A DNA stretch of 64,000 nt from a virus (Duplodnaviria > Heunggongvirae > Uroviricota > Caudoviricetes). The notes beneath the pieces are model-generated. The model searched no databases, was not told the origin of the DNA, and saw nothing but the letters and a program-made list of their open reading frames with translations. Made by a program: the position numbers and the translations under genes. The stretch lies in IMG/VR virus record IMGVR_UViG_3300025413_000008; one strand, given 5' to 3'. This document shows, piece after piece, positions 8,483-18,288 of the stretch (position 1 is the stretch's first letter; every line of letters starts with the position of its first letter).

Positions 8483-11400
8483 ACGTAACTCGCCTGAACG
8501 TATGTATTCGCGGCGGTGCCATCTACACAAGAGTAAGTAAGAATTACTGCTTGATTGGCACCATACAATGCGCCGGGACCATGACCAGTAATAGTCGTGG
8601 TGCCAGTGGTGCTATTATTAGCATCAGATACGCCCATCGCAATGTTTCTACCATTGCCGCCCATTCTAACGATTAGCTTAACTATTGATCCTGCGGTAAA
8701 GTTAGCAAGTGTAACTGTAGTATCACCAGTAGGAACATACCATAATACTATACTATCAGAATTAAAATTAATAGTTTGTGTAGTTCCACCAGTTACTGAT
8801 CTTACACCACCATCATTGAATGCAATTCTCGGAGTAGTTATTACTCCATTCGCAGAGATATTTAGATTGCTGGTTGTTGTATTTCCGGTTACTGTCGCAT
8901 TTCCAGTAACTGCAAGTGTGCCAACGTTAGCAATACCCACTGTAGTTAAATTACCCCCAGTGATGTTACTGGTTGCAACTATTAAACCAGAAGTTCCAAG
9001 ATTTCCGACATTTGCATTTCCAGTAACCGCAAGTGAAGTTAAGTTACCTACCGATGTGATATTTGGCTGCGCATTGGTTGTAACTGTTCCTGCTGTCGTT
9101 GCAGAGGTGGCACTTGATGCTGTTCCCGCGCTTGAGGCATATGTTGCGTTAGCCACAATACCAATAACATTTGCTCCTGTTACTGAGTTTGCGACACTGG
9201 CGTAAGTGGAATTGAATGCATTCAGTGCATTTGGAACATTCCCAGTAACATTTGCACCAGCAACCGTATTTGCGGTTGCTGCGAGAGTTGCAAATCCAGC
9301 ATTTGTTGCGTAGGTTGCATTTGCTACCGTTCCTGTGACGTTGGCACCAGCAACCGTATTTGCGGTTGCTGCGAGAGTTGCAAATCCAGCACTTGTTGCG
9401 TAGGTTGCATTTGCTACCGTTCCTGTGACGTTGGCACCATTAATTGCACTTAATCCTGCGCCAGCGCCAGATAGATTTCCGGCAGAAAGATTGCCCGTTA
9501 CCGCGAGAGTGGTAAGATTACCAACAGATGTGATATTTGGTTGTGCACCTGTAGTTACGGTTCCTGCAGTTGTTGCAGCACCAGTAAGATTACCAGTGAA
9601 TGTCGTTGCAGTTACGGCTACCAGCCCAGCCAAAGCATTTGCAGTTGATCCCAAACTGATCGTAGTATTACCAATGATAATATTACTATTTGCAAGTTTA
9701 GCATTAGTCAGACTGCCAGAATTTAGTGCAACAGTAACATCGTTACTCGCAAGGGTAACTGCCCCAGTGCGTGTATTGAATGATTGAACGGGAGCGGCAG
9801 CGGCTGCCCCAGTTGAATTTACATAGCCATTAGGGTTAGTTGCACCGTTATATGGAGTATATCCTAATGCTGTAGTAACATCGCCACTTGAAAGAGTCAC
9901 CGCTCCTGTTCGTGTATTAAACGACGCCACCACTGAGCCAGACCCCGGAATACGGTCCCACGTTGAACCGTTGTAAATTACATAGTCGCCTGCATAAAAA
10001 GTAACTGGACCATCACCAATATTCTGTATCCCACCATTACTTACACTATATTCCCAACCAGCAAGAACTCCGGTTGGTAAATTTGGACCTAATGTCGGTG
10101 TATTGAGATACGCATCCCATGCACCAATATATACCACGGCTCCAGCAGGTAACTGAGAAGTCGGAACTTTTCCTGAACTATTTAGTGAAGCAACGCCGTT
10201 TCCAACACCGATATAACTTAGTGGAATGGCGGCAGTATTTTGACTTGTTCCGTCATTAAATGTTACACCATTGCTACTGAATACCAATTGTTTAGATATA
10301 ACGTTTGAACCAATTGGTATTGTCCAAACTTCAATGCGAGCACCTTGATTCGTTGCTGTTTGATTTTCACTGGCAACGATGTCAAAACGCGCAATGCCTG
10401 CGGCAGGAAAAACATTTGCAGAATTATAGGCACTGCCAGCAAAACGGGCCACAAGTTCATTGCTGTTTACTGGAGTTGGTGATGAACTCGTTCCGTCATA
10501 TCTGCGACCAACAAACAACGAATAATTATTTGCAGCATCATTATGTATCTTACTTGCTGTTCCGGGCTGTCCAGTGATGTGTAGCATTGATCCCGATGAT
10601 GCTGGTGGGACATAATTTCCATCGGATGACCCAATAATACTTACTGCTCCAGTATTTGAATCAAACGTGGGAGTTAGAATCTGGACTTCACCAATGCTAT
10701 TGACTTGAAACGAAGGTTTAGGATTAGTTGTAGTATAAATATTAAATTCATTGGTATTAAAAATAATACCAGCATTAGTTCCGGCTGTTGCGATAGTAAG
10801 TGAATTGTTTGCTACAATATCATATATTTGATCACTACTTAGTAAAATATTACCAATTCTTAGTGACCCATTTACTGTCGCATTTCCAGAAATTCCTACC
10901 GTTCCTATAAGGTTACTTGTTCCGTTTGCTGTAAAGTTACCGATAGACTGAACAGTTCCAGCCATAATAACATTACCGACAAGGTTACTTGTTCCGTTTG
11001 CTGTAAAGTTACCGATAGACTGAACAGTTCCAGACATAATAACATTACCGACAAGGTTACTTGTTCCGTTTGCTGTAAGGGTCCCGGTTACCTGAATATT
11101 ATTTTGCAATAAAACGTTTCCGCTTAAGTTAGTGGTTCCGTTTGCAATAAAGTTACCGATAGACTGAACAGTTCCAGACATAATAACATTACCGACAAGG
11201 TTACTTGTTCCGTTTGCTGTAAGATTTCCTAATATACCAACCGCGCCGGACATCAGTACGATATTTGATAAACTTACTAATCCATTTGCATTAAGATTAC
11301 CAAGCACCGTAGCATTACCTGACATAGTTACATTACCTATGAGTATGCTTGTGCCATTCGCAGTTAATCCGCCAGCAATCTGTAAATTGCCTCCTATATT

Positions 11401-11997
11401 GGCGGGTCCAGCAAAATTACTGCCGGTGTTAGTTAGAACCAATACGTTTGAAATGCCGGTAGTACTAAATTGCACACTGCCATTTGGAGTAATAAACATA
11501 CCGCTATTGCCGTTAGTGATCGCTCCTGTTGAAATGCCAGCAACATTACCAATATAAAGAATATTATTGAGTACATTCAATTCAGCACTATTGTTTACGT
11601 TTGCAATATCCTGAATAAAGATCGCGTTTGGTCCCAAATACATATTGCCCCATTTATTGGTAGGAGTACCTAAAGAAAAAGTACTCGGCGTTGATGGAAC
11701 AAAATTGCCATTGGTAACTGTTGGGGGCGTATATAAGACATTATTAGTAAAGTCGTATGTTAACTGATAGCTTCCTGCAAAACTACCTGTACTATTATAT
11801 TGAATTTGGGTATTGCTTCCGCCGATTGAGGCGTTACCGGCGATGCCTACGGGCTGTCCACCCGGAGTGCTACCATCACTGTGATAGAATGCATTAGTAT
11901 CTGGATTCCACCAAATACGATCCTGCTCCCCCACATAATTTGCTGAGTTAGCGTTATTGTCTCTGCTTGTGAATAATTTCTGAATAAAACCGCTCAA
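8479..11997 (-). CDS. Tail fibre / fibre-like structural protein (1172 aa)
   Basis: G/N/T/A-rich; SFNTRTGAVTL, AQPNITSVG and GANVTG repeats typical of phage fibres. Confidence 0.8.
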   Translation of the reverse strand: MSGFIQKLFTSRDNNANSANYVGEQDRIWWNPDTNAFYHSDGSTPGGQPVGIAGNASIGGSNTQIQYNSTGSFAGSYQLTYDFTNNVLYTPPTVTNGNFVPSTPSTFSLGTPTNKWGNMYLGPNAIFIQDIANVNNSAELNVLNNILYIGNVAGISTGAITNGNSGMFITPNGSVQFSTTGISNVLVLTNTGSNFAGPANIGGNLQIAGGLTANGTSILIGNVTMSGNATVLGNLNANGLVSLSNIVLMSGAVGILGNLTANGTSNLVGNVIMSGTVQSIGNFIANGTTNLSGNVLLQNNIQVTGTLTANGTSNLVGNVIMSGTVQSIGNFTANGTSNLVGNVIMAGTVQSIGNFTANGTSNLIGTVGISGNATVNGSLRIGNILLSSDQIYDIVANNSLTIATAGTNAGIIFNTNEFNIYTTTNPKPSFQVNSIGEVQILTPTFDSNTGAVSIIGSSDGNYVPPASSGSMLHITGQPGTASKIHNDAANNYSLFVGRRYDGTSSSPTPVNSNELVARFAGSAYNSANVFPAAGIARFDIVASENQTATNQGARIEVWTIPIGSNVISKQLVFSSNGVTFNDGTSQNTAAIPLSYIGVGNGVASLNSSGKVPTSQLPAGAVVYIGAWDAYLNTPTLGPNLPTGVLAGWEYSVSNGGIQNIGDGPVTFYAGDYVIYNGSTWDRIPGSGSVVASFNTRTGAVTLSSGDVTTALGYTPYNGATNPNGYVNSTGAAAAAPVQSFNTRTGAVTLASNDVTVALNSGSLTNAKLANSNIIIGNTTISLGSTANALAGLVAVTATTFTGNLTGAATTAGTVTTGAQPNITSVGNLTTLAVTGNLSAGNLSGAGAGLSAINGANVTGTVANATYATSAGFATLAATANTVAGANVTGTVANATYATNAGFATLAATANTVAGANVTGNVPNALNAFNSTYASVANSVTGANVIGIVANATYASSAGTASSATSATTAGTVTTNAQPNITSVGNLTSLAVTGNANVGNLGTSGLIVATSNITGGNLTTVGIANVGTLAVTGNATVTGNTTTSNLNISANGVITTPRIAFNDGGVRSVTGGTTQTINFNSDSIVLWYVPTGDTTVTLANFTAGSIVKLIVRMGGNGRNIAMGVSDANNSTTGTTTITGHGPGALYGANQAVILTYSCVDGTAANTYVQASYV
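9254..9439. repeat. 90-bp (30-aa) near-perfect tandem duplication within the fibre gene
   Basis: Copies start at 9254 and 9344 with one mismatch (atttg/acttg). Confidence 0.9.
10915..11220. repeat. 72-bp (24-aa) tandem repeats GN(F/L)TANGTSNLVGNVIMSGTVQSI in the fibre gene
   Basis: tccgtttgc recurs at 10921, 10993 and 11065 (period 72). Confidence 0.85.
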
Positions 11998-12007
11998 GGT
12001 AATCTCC

Positions 12008-12382
12008 TTAAACGTCTAATGGCTCATCGTCACCCAATGCGTCTAACACGACTGGATTGATGCCTGCATTGCGTCTGATGGCTGCGAGTTCATTATAACA
12101 ATGTTGTTCTTCATCTTCTGGCTCATCACCATCATCATAAATGCTATCAACACCAGTTGCTTTTTTTAACAATTCCAGTTTTAACTGCAGCGGTGGGACA
12201 AAAACATCATCCGGCTGCTGAGACAAGCCACTGTCTCCTTCACATCCACAACTTTCCGATTCACCACTCTCAGGTTTATAATCCACATTAGACGCTTCTG
12301 GATCGGACATATCAGGTGCGACACCATCATATTTGGCGTCAAGCATATCTGCAAATTTTCTCAATAGTTCACTTGGACTCAT
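12008..12382 (-). CDS. Acidic hypothetical late protein
   Basis: CATAAATA box at 12401-12408; SD GGAG. Confidence 0.75.
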   Translation of the reverse strand: MSPSELLRKFADMLDAKYDGVAPDMSDPEASNVDYKPESGESESCGCEGDSGLSQQPDDVFVPPLQLKLELLKKATGVDSIYDDGDEPEDEEQHCYNELAAIRRNAGINPVVLDALGDDEPLDV

Positions 12383-12422
12383 ATCTAACTCCGTATGTTG
12401 TATTTATGCTTCACATAACAAA

Positions 12423-12442
12423 TCACCCGCAAGTGCGGGTGA
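12423..12442 (-). terminator. Probable terminator hairpin after the methyltransferase
   Basis: 8-bp stem TCACCCGC/GCGGGTGA with 4-nt loop, followed by TTTGTT. Confidence 0.65.
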
Positions 12443-12472
12443 CTGTTTAGATTAAAAATATTTGTAATAAAC

Positions 12473-13180
12473 TCACTTTACATCAAGTGGTCTTGCTTTT
12501 TTAGCAACAATACAGTAATATTTTTCTGATACTGATTTTAATTCTTCTTTGCCATCTTCTGTTGTGACTGGAACACTAATATCAAAATCAAGATTGTTGA
12601 ATTTTTCAATATCAAATCCAGTGCGAAGTAAAAGTGCTGCCCACTGATTAGCACCAAGAATGCTATAGTGATTTAAATTATATTCATGTCTACGTTCACA
12701 GTCCGGAGCAGGCAATTCAATATAAATTTTTGACCCTTGCTTTAATATGCGATTGTATTCCATAAGAGTAAAAATTGGATAAGGAGAATGTTCAAGTGAC
12801 TGACGGGCAAAGATAAAATCTACCGACTCATCATAATAGCCGTCTTTCTGTGGAATGAAGGACATGTCGTATTGTTTAATGGTATGACCATTGTCTTCAC
12901 ATGCTTTGATGTCTTCTGGTGAAATGCAGATACCTGTCAGGTCCGTATATCCTCGGTCACGCATCGTATCAAGGAAATACCCAACGCCACATCCCATATC
13001 AAGAATCTTAGCATCCTTTGGAAGTTCCATAGGATCAATATAGGTTTCCACTACCTGTTCGGTAAGTTGTTTGTGAAACTGGCTTGGACCTTCATCATAT
13101 ACATGTTGGTTCATAATATGTTCGTAATAGAACATGAGTTTAACGGCGTCAAAGATTTGTTTTGTGTCAATGTTGTTCAT
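12473..13180 (-). CDS. Class I SAM-dependent methyltransferase; probable start MNNIDTK at 13180
   Basis: ILDMGCGVG motif I, SVDFIFARQSLEH, LKQGSKIYIE; CATAAGTA box 5 nt upstream of ATG. Confidence 0.85.
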   Translation of the reverse strand: MNNIDTKQIFDAVKLMFYYEHIMNQHVYDEGPSQFHKQLTEQVVETYIDPMELPKDAKILDMGCGVGYFLDTMRDRGYTDLTGICISPEDIKACEDNGHTIKQYDMSFIPQKDGYYDESVDFIFARQSLEHSPYPIFTLMEYNRILKQGSKIYIELPAPDCERRHEYNLNHYSILGANQWAALLLRTGFDIEKFNNLDFDISVPVTTEDGKEELKSVSEKYYCIVAKKARPLDVK

Positions 13181-13210
13181 GCAATTACTTATGCAAGTTT
13201 CAAGCAATGA

Positions 13211-13579
13211 TTATTTTTTTCTATAATCTTTAGTTTTTCTTGTTGGACTTATTTTATTGGTGTCTTCTCGTTCAGTGCTCTTAGATTGTGCCCATTTACG
13301 TCCTGAATTGTCACCTATTTGTTTAGCTGCAAAGTCAAGCATTTTCTGTTCAGCATCTGTATAAGCATGAAACATCGGATTTCCACCGATAAAATTTGAT
13401 GGAGGTGTGGGAAAATCAGGAGCGCCTGCCAACGCAATACCCATTCTCCAATGATTATATAATTGACCATTATTCATATTCTGATTGTCAAATGTGGTCA
13501 CGGCTCCCATGCTATTACCAAAAGACTTTTCATCTAAAGTAAGTTCAGTGGATTCAGTTATGAACTCATGTGCTCTCAT
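13211..13579 (-). CDS. Putative internal head protein (paralog 1)
   Basis: N-terminus MRAHEFITE resembles the T4 capsid-targeting sequence MKTYQEFIAE. Confidence 0.7.
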   Translation of the reverse strand: MRAHEFITESTELTLDEKSFGNSMGAVTTFDNQNMNNGQLYNHWRMGIALAGAPDFPTPPSNFIGGNPMFHAYTDAEQKMLDFAAKQIGDNSGRKWAQSKSTEREDTNKISPTRKTKDYRKK

Positions 13580-13950
13580 TATTTTTTATAACTTTTTACT
13601 TGTCTAACTGGACTTACTTTATTAGTATCCGTAAGTTCACCTGATTTTCTGGTTGTCAAGTGATTTGCATTTGCCTCAGAACCAAACGCCTTTTCGGCTT
13701 GATTAATTATTGCTTCTTCTTCATCCGTATATCCCACGGTGAGTAATGCCTGTCCGCTGGGACCATATTTGTCTGGAACGTGATCATATGAATTTTTACC
13801 ATCTGCTCCCGCCAAGAAGTGCGCGCCAAATCTCCAAGGAGCATAAGGGCTACTGTTATCTAAGTTAGGGTGACTTCGCATATTAGGAGTTGCAGCAACA
13901 TGCGCTGATGGCATCTTAGAATCTTCTGTGATGAATTCCCACGCTCTCAT
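13579..13950 (-). CDS. Putative internal head protein (paralog 2)
   Basis: MRAWEFITE; shares YTDxE and DTNKxSPxR motifs with its neighbour; GATAAATA at 13975-13982. Confidence 0.7.
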   Translation of the reverse strand: MRAWEFITEDSKMPSAHVAATPNMRSHPNLDNSSPYAPWRFGAHFLAGADGKNSYDHVPDKYGPSGQALLTVGYTDEEEAIINQAEKAFGSEANANHLTTRKSGELTDTNKVSPVRQVKSYKK

Positions 13951-13973
13951 AAATTATTCTTTCTTTGTAATAC

Positions 13974-14852
13974 TTATTTATCAGAACGATGTTTCATTCC
14001 ATTGGAACTAAATGGCGGATTACCTTTTGTGTTCTGCCACAAAGCACGATTACTTAATATTTCTACCCAGCAGTTTCTTTGTGGCTTGTTAAGATTCCAA
14101 AAATCAAATTCAATATGGCTTGAGATTGGACGACAATATAATGTTCTTTCACTTGGAATGATCATTTCTTGCGCTGTAGTTCGCATTTTTTTGCGTTCTG
14201 TGTTGGTTCTCATAACATTAAGTTGCGGATGATCAACATAAACTTGACACATGCCATTTACCATTGCTGTCGGATTATCAGCCTTCATAACAATAATTTC
14301 TGCTTGAGCCATTCTGGCTTCGCTGCTAATTCTACTCAGAGTTTCAGATTCATCATCAGGATTGCGTTGATATCCTGCCCAAGGTAACCATACTCCATGA
14401 TTGGTTCTTGCTACGGTCTCATTTTGATCAATTTTTCTGCAAACATAATGATATTCACCATCTTTTTTGCAAGCCTCTAAAAGAAACAAGTTATCGCGAT
14501 CATAGATAATGGTATTGCCAGTCAACTCGTTTTCAATTGATCTTTTGGCTGCATAGACGGCATTATCTTGGAGAAGAGCATCTGAAATTTTTATACCATC
14601 AGGGCTGCGTTCTTTTTTGGTTTTGGTAATTTCTTTTTCGTCATCCTGAATCATCAGACTGGCGCTCAAAATCGCAACACCGCTACTATTGAATCCTTCT
14701 TTATATCCAGTAACTTCGTCACAAAATAAAAGTCTTTCAAGACCGTCCTTTTCATATACCTCAAATCCAATTTGAGGCACGTAATTTCTGTCACGGTTTT
14801 TTACACCGACCCACCCTTTTCCATCAAAATATTTTGCGATAATAACACACAC
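13974..14852 (-). CDS. Ntn-hydrolase-like protein (C45/NRDE-like), Cys2 nucleophile candidate
   Basis: GTG start giving MC; KNRDR, EGFNSSGVAI and VARTNHG motifs. Confidence 0.6.
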   Translation of the reverse strand: MCVIIAKYFDGKGWVGVKNRDRNYVPQIGFEVYEKDGLERLLFCDEVTGYKEGFNSSGVAILSASLMIQDDEKEITKTKKERSPDGIKISDALLQDNAVYAAKRSIENELTGNTIIYDRDNLFLLEACKKDGEYHYVCRKIDQNETVARTNHGVWLPWAGYQRNPDDESETLSRISSEARMAQAEIIVMKADNPTAMVNGMCQVYVDHPQLNVMRTNTERKKMRTTAQEMIIPSERTLYCRPISSHIEFDFWNLNKPQRNCWVEILSNRALWQNTKGNPPFSSNGMKHRSDK

Positions 14853-14854
14853 GA

Positions 14855-15406
14855 TTATTGACTTACCGATTGTGTTGTAGTAATGTTTATGCTATTTTCA
14901 GTTTCTATTACGGAATTTGCATATCCATCAAGTTCAATATCAAGTCCCGGAGGGTTTATGCCATTCCACATAATCTGTGATGAAATAAAGTGGTCTAAAA
15001 GAATCGTATTATTTACCAATGGAGTTACTAATATCTGAACATTTCCTGCGACTATATTCATATCATAGGTGGATACTGCATTACCAAAAAACGTAGTTCC
15101 AAAACCAGTAAACGCCACCTGAGTTCCATCATTACTGAGTTGTGCGGAAAGCTGGATATTTTGACTATCGCTGGTTGCAGGATTGCTTGAACGGATATAA
15201 AATTCACCTTGAGTGAATGCGTTGGCAGGTGTCTGAAAGATTACTTGCCCCGAGACATTACTGGTTGTTGTTGCATTATTAGTGTTTACAAATGTTGCAA
15301 ATAGATTGGAAAAATTGTTATTGACTTTTCCGAAGGCAACACGCAGTGGATCACCTTGCTGGTCATTTGGTGCTGCACCAATATTAATAATCTGTTGAGT
15401 AGCCAT
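14855..15406 (-). CDS. Structural protein with T4 gp9/gp10-like N-terminal domain
   Basis: QIINIGAAPNDQQGDPLRVAFGKVNNNF; GATAAATA at 15429-15436. Confidence 0.7.
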   Translation of the reverse strand: MATQQIINIGAAPNDQQGDPLRVAFGKVNNNFSNLFATFVNTNNATTTSNVSGQVIFQTPANAFTQGEFYIRSSNPATSDSQNIQLSAQLSNDGTQVAFTGFGTTFFGNAVSTYDMNIVAGNVQILVTPLVNNTILLDHFISSQIMWNGINPPGLDIELDGYANSVIETENSINITTTQSVSQ

Positions 15407-15446
15407 ATAACTCTTTCATGTTATGGACTATTTATCAGAGACTTAA

Positions 15447-15719
15447 TTATTTGGTGGCGTTTTCAAATATCTTTTTTTGTGAAGTATACCATTCATTCCA
15501 TGAGTCAACCTGTGCGGCGCATTCATGATACTTAACATAATTGTTGGCAACTGCTGTCATCATGTCACTAAGTTTTGGATCATCTTTTTTAAGAGTGCCC
15601 AGTTGTGGGCATGGCTGTCTTAAGACAGGAGGGACATCAGGAAATTTAGCCGTTACAGGAACTGTAGTTACACAGGCACCAAGTAAACAAAATAATGGAA
15701 GTGTCATTACTTTTTTCAT
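15447..15719 (-). CDS. o-spanin lipoprotein (Rz1-like)
   Basis: Lipobox LGAC, Pro-rich region PDVPPVLRQPCP; ATGA overlap with the i-spanin. Confidence 0.85.
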   Translation of the reverse strand: MKKVMTLPLFCLLGACVTTVPVTAKFPDVPPVLRQPCPQLGTLKKDDPKLSDMMTAVANNYVKYHECAAQVDSWNEWYTSQKKIFENATK

Positions 15720-16159
15720 TTAGTATCTCCCGTTATCATAGCTGCTCTATTATGAAGCTCAACAACTTCCGGTGGAATTTTACATTCGTTATCCATTTTA
15801 ACAGCATCTGCTTTAATTTCATGAATTATGACATCACCTTTTTCATGGATGATTTTGGTCTTAGTTAAAATTTTGGTTTCTATTTGAGTATTTGCCTGCT
15901 TGGATTCTACTTTAGCTTGTGCCAATTTTGCTTCTAAATGCTTTGACTCTGCTGCGATCTTCTCTTTGTATGTCTCTTCACCTTGGTAATAAATTGCAAA
16001 TCCAAGCGCAACAGAGCCAAGAATACTTACTGGGAATTTAAACAATCGGGTGTTACGAGTAAATCCCATAACAAAGGACGCAATATGCAATAAAATTCCT
16101 ATTGTTAAGAGTAGGTGGATAATCCACTTAATAATAAGTCCGAATAAAAATGAAAACAT
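15716..16159 (-). CDS. i-spanin (Rz-like)
   Basis: N-terminal hydrophobic segments, coiled coil, C-terminal CKIPPEVVELHN; TATAAATA at 16168-16175. Confidence 0.8.
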   Translation of the reverse strand: MFSFLFGLIIKWIIHLLLTIGILLHIASFVMGFTRNTRLFKFPVSILGSVALGFAIYYQGEETYKEKIAAESKHLEAKLAQAKVESKQANTQIETKILTKTKIIHEKGDVIIHEIKADAVKMDNECKIPPEVVELHNRAAMITGDTK

Positions 16160-16191
16160 AGTAACATTATTTATACTATGTTTTCATTTTT
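16146..16191 (-). promoter_or_regulatory. 18-bp perfect inverted repeat containing the late promoter TATAAATA and the spanin start codon
   Basis: Arms 16146-16163 (aaaaatgaaaacatagta) and 16174-16191 (tactatgttttcattttt), 10-nt loop. Confidence 0.85.
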
Positions 16192-16479
16192 TCACATGGA
16201 GTATTTCAAATAATGTTCGGCAACAAGAATCATTGCCTTGGCTTGTTCTTTATTTTTTGGAAGAGGAATGTGTGTTCCGTCTTCATAACGACTTGCCGTT
16301 TCAAGCAGGGGTGCAATATCGTTATCAAAAATTTGGGACATGTCGCGCCACAGCGCATTAGCTTCTGCTTCTGTCATACCAGATGAAAGAAAATATAGTC
16401 GTTCATCCTCAGAAATTCTGAGACCAAAATCATGACGATAGGTAAGACACATGTTATTGATGATTCGTTCTCTGTTCAT
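16192..16479 (-). CDS. Hypothetical protein
   Basis: ATGA-coupled to the upstream ORF; ends YLKYSM. Confidence 0.7.
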   Translation of the reverse strand: MNRERIINNMCLTYRHDFGLRISEDERLYFLSSGMTEAEANALWRDMSQIFDNDIAPLLETASRYEDGTHIPLPKNKEQAKAMILVAEHYLKYSM

Positions 16480-16703
16480 GCTTTTGCTCTCATATATCTA
16501 CAAAGATAGTATCCATCTACTCCTGCAGGGACAGTTTCTAGTAAAATATTAGATGACTTAGTTTCAGTATGATGTTCTTTCCGAATCCACGTTTCAATTT
16601 TCGGTCTATTCTCCGGTGGCATCCGACTTGTAATGTATCGAATACCTTTTTCTTTATGTGTTTCCCAAAGAGTAATGAAATCTTCATTCAAAAATGTGTT
16701 CAT
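16476..16703 (-). CDS. Hypothetical protein; start MNTFLNE at 16703
   Basis: ATGA overlap with the thyA stop. Confidence 0.6.
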   Translation of the reverse strand: MNTFLNEDFITLWETHKEKGIRYITSRMPPENRPKIETWIRKEHHTETKSSNILLETVPAGVDGYYLCRYMRAKA

Positions 16704-17530
16704 ACCGCCATCTCCGCTTTGATAGTCCCATGACATTTGTAATTGTCCAAGTCAATCGTTTCTAGTGTGAAGTCATTGATGTTTTTGATATTTGGGTTCA
16801 ACCACAACGTAGGCAGAGGATATGACTCACGCGTCAACTGTTCCTTTACTTGATCAATGTGATTGCTGTAGATGTGTGTATCTCCAGTAGAGATAATCAA
16901 TTCTCCTACATCCAAATCACAAACATGAGCGATCATATGCGTGAGTAATGCATAGCTTGCAATGTTGAATGGCAATCCCAAAAATACATCAACTGATCTT
17001 TGGTACATGTGGCAACTAAGTTTCCCATTACTTACATAAAACTGTGCCAGAACATGACAGGGTGGGAGAGCCATTTGATCAAGTTCGTCCACATTCCAAG
17101 CATTAATGATATGTCTACGTCCATTTGGGTCATTCTTGATTCCACTAATCAGTTTTGCAACTTGATCTGTTCCTCTCCAGTTTCTCCACTGAACCCCATA
17201 TATTCTTCCCAAATCTCCGGGGAATTCTGATTTAGGTTTCCAATAAGCTGCTTCAGCATTTCCTGTCCAGATCGTATTACGTTCTGAATCTCTTGTTCCG
17301 TATAGAATTTCACATAACCGTCGCTCATCGTTACTTCCTTCTAAAAACCATATTAATTCACTTTTAACTGCTTTCCATGCTAATTTCTTAGTGGTTACAG
17401 CAGGGAATTCTTTTGATAAATCAAATCGTAATTGACGACCGAATACACTAATAGTGCCTACTCCGGTACGATCATTTTTATGTTCACCATTGTCAAGAAT
17501 GTCTTGCAAAAGGTCTAGGTATTGTTTCAT
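16700..17530 (-). CDS. thyA: Thymidylate synthase
   Basis: DRTGVGT, MALPPCH catalytic Cys, YQRSVDVFLGLPFNIASY, GDTHIY. Confidence 0.97.
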   Translation of the reverse strand: MKQYLDLLQDILDNGEHKNDRTGVGTISVFGRQLRFDLSKEFPAVTTKKLAWKAVKSELIWFLEGSNDERRLCEILYGTRDSERNTIWTGNAEAAYWKPKSEFPGDLGRIYGVQWRNWRGTDQVAKLISGIKNDPNGRRHIINAWNVDELDQMALPPCHVLAQFYVSNGKLSCHMYQRSVDVFLGLPFNIASYALLTHMIAHVCDLDVGELIISTGDTHIYSNHIDQVKEQLTRESYPLPTLWLNPNIKNINDFTLETIDLDNYKCHGTIKAEMAV

Positions 17531-17982
17531 TTTCTATTCCATATTTGATATTCATGATCAGGAAATACTTCATTGTATCTCCTTACAAAATTATTCTCCA
17601 AGTATACCAAATCTATAAAGGTATCGCAAGTATATTCGGTAAATGTTTTTGTAAGATGAACTTCATGGATGTTATTCCAACAACTTTCAATAAGTTTCGC
17701 GCCACCGATAATCCAATAGAAATCGTAAACATTGAATTTTACATCAGTCATATGGATTACATTATTATATTCTATTTCCAGTGGCTTGGACGATACTACA
17801 ATGTTTATGCGATTCGGAAGTGGTTTTATGGGAAGACTATCCCACGTATTTCTTCCCATAACAACCGGCTGTCCATCAGTAAGTCGTTTAAACCTTGGCA
17901 AATCGCCTTGGATTTTACTCCAAGGCAATCTGTTTTCGTAACCAATGCCGCCATTGGGATCGGATGCTAATATTAACTTCAT
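17527..17982 (-). CDS. folA: Dihydrofolate reductase
   Basis: IGYENRLPW, DLPRFK, VVMGRNTWDSL, PLPNRINIVVS, IIGGA. Confidence 0.95.
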   Translation of the reverse strand: MKLILASDPNGGIGYENRLPWSKIQGDLPRFKRLTDGQPVVMGRNTWDSLPIKPLPNRINIVVSSKPLEIEYNNVIHMTDVKFNVYDFYWIIGGAKLIESCWNNIHEVHLTKTFTEYTCDTFIDLVYLENNFVRRYNEVFPDHEYQIWNRK

Positions 17983-18275
17983 AATCTACTTAATAACTTA
18001 TCAGTTTCTGGTTGAACAACTTCTGCAATGCTTTCTACATTGAGAATGAACTCAATGCCTATGACCAAATCATCAAGTCCATCAAGTTTACGACTAATAA
18101 ACTCTTCTATTTGATCTGGCTCAAGTCCTTGATTTAGTAACTTTGCAATATTGATAGTATTTTGTCGCCGCCCCTCAAGTCTCAAAATTAACTTTTTAAT
18201 GAACTCTACTGGAATCTTTTGTTTATCTACATCTTCCAGTAATCGTTCCCACTTCTGAATGAACTCAGGTGACAT
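17979..18275 (-). CDS. Hypothetical protein
   Basis: ATGA-coupled to DHFR. Confidence 0.75.
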   Translation of the reverse strand: MSPEFIQKWERLLEDVDKQKIPVEFIKKLILRLEGRRQNTINIAKLLNQGLEPDQIEEFISRKLDGLDDLVIGIEFILNVESIAEVVQPETDKLLSRL

Positions 18276-18288
18276 AATCTATGACGCC

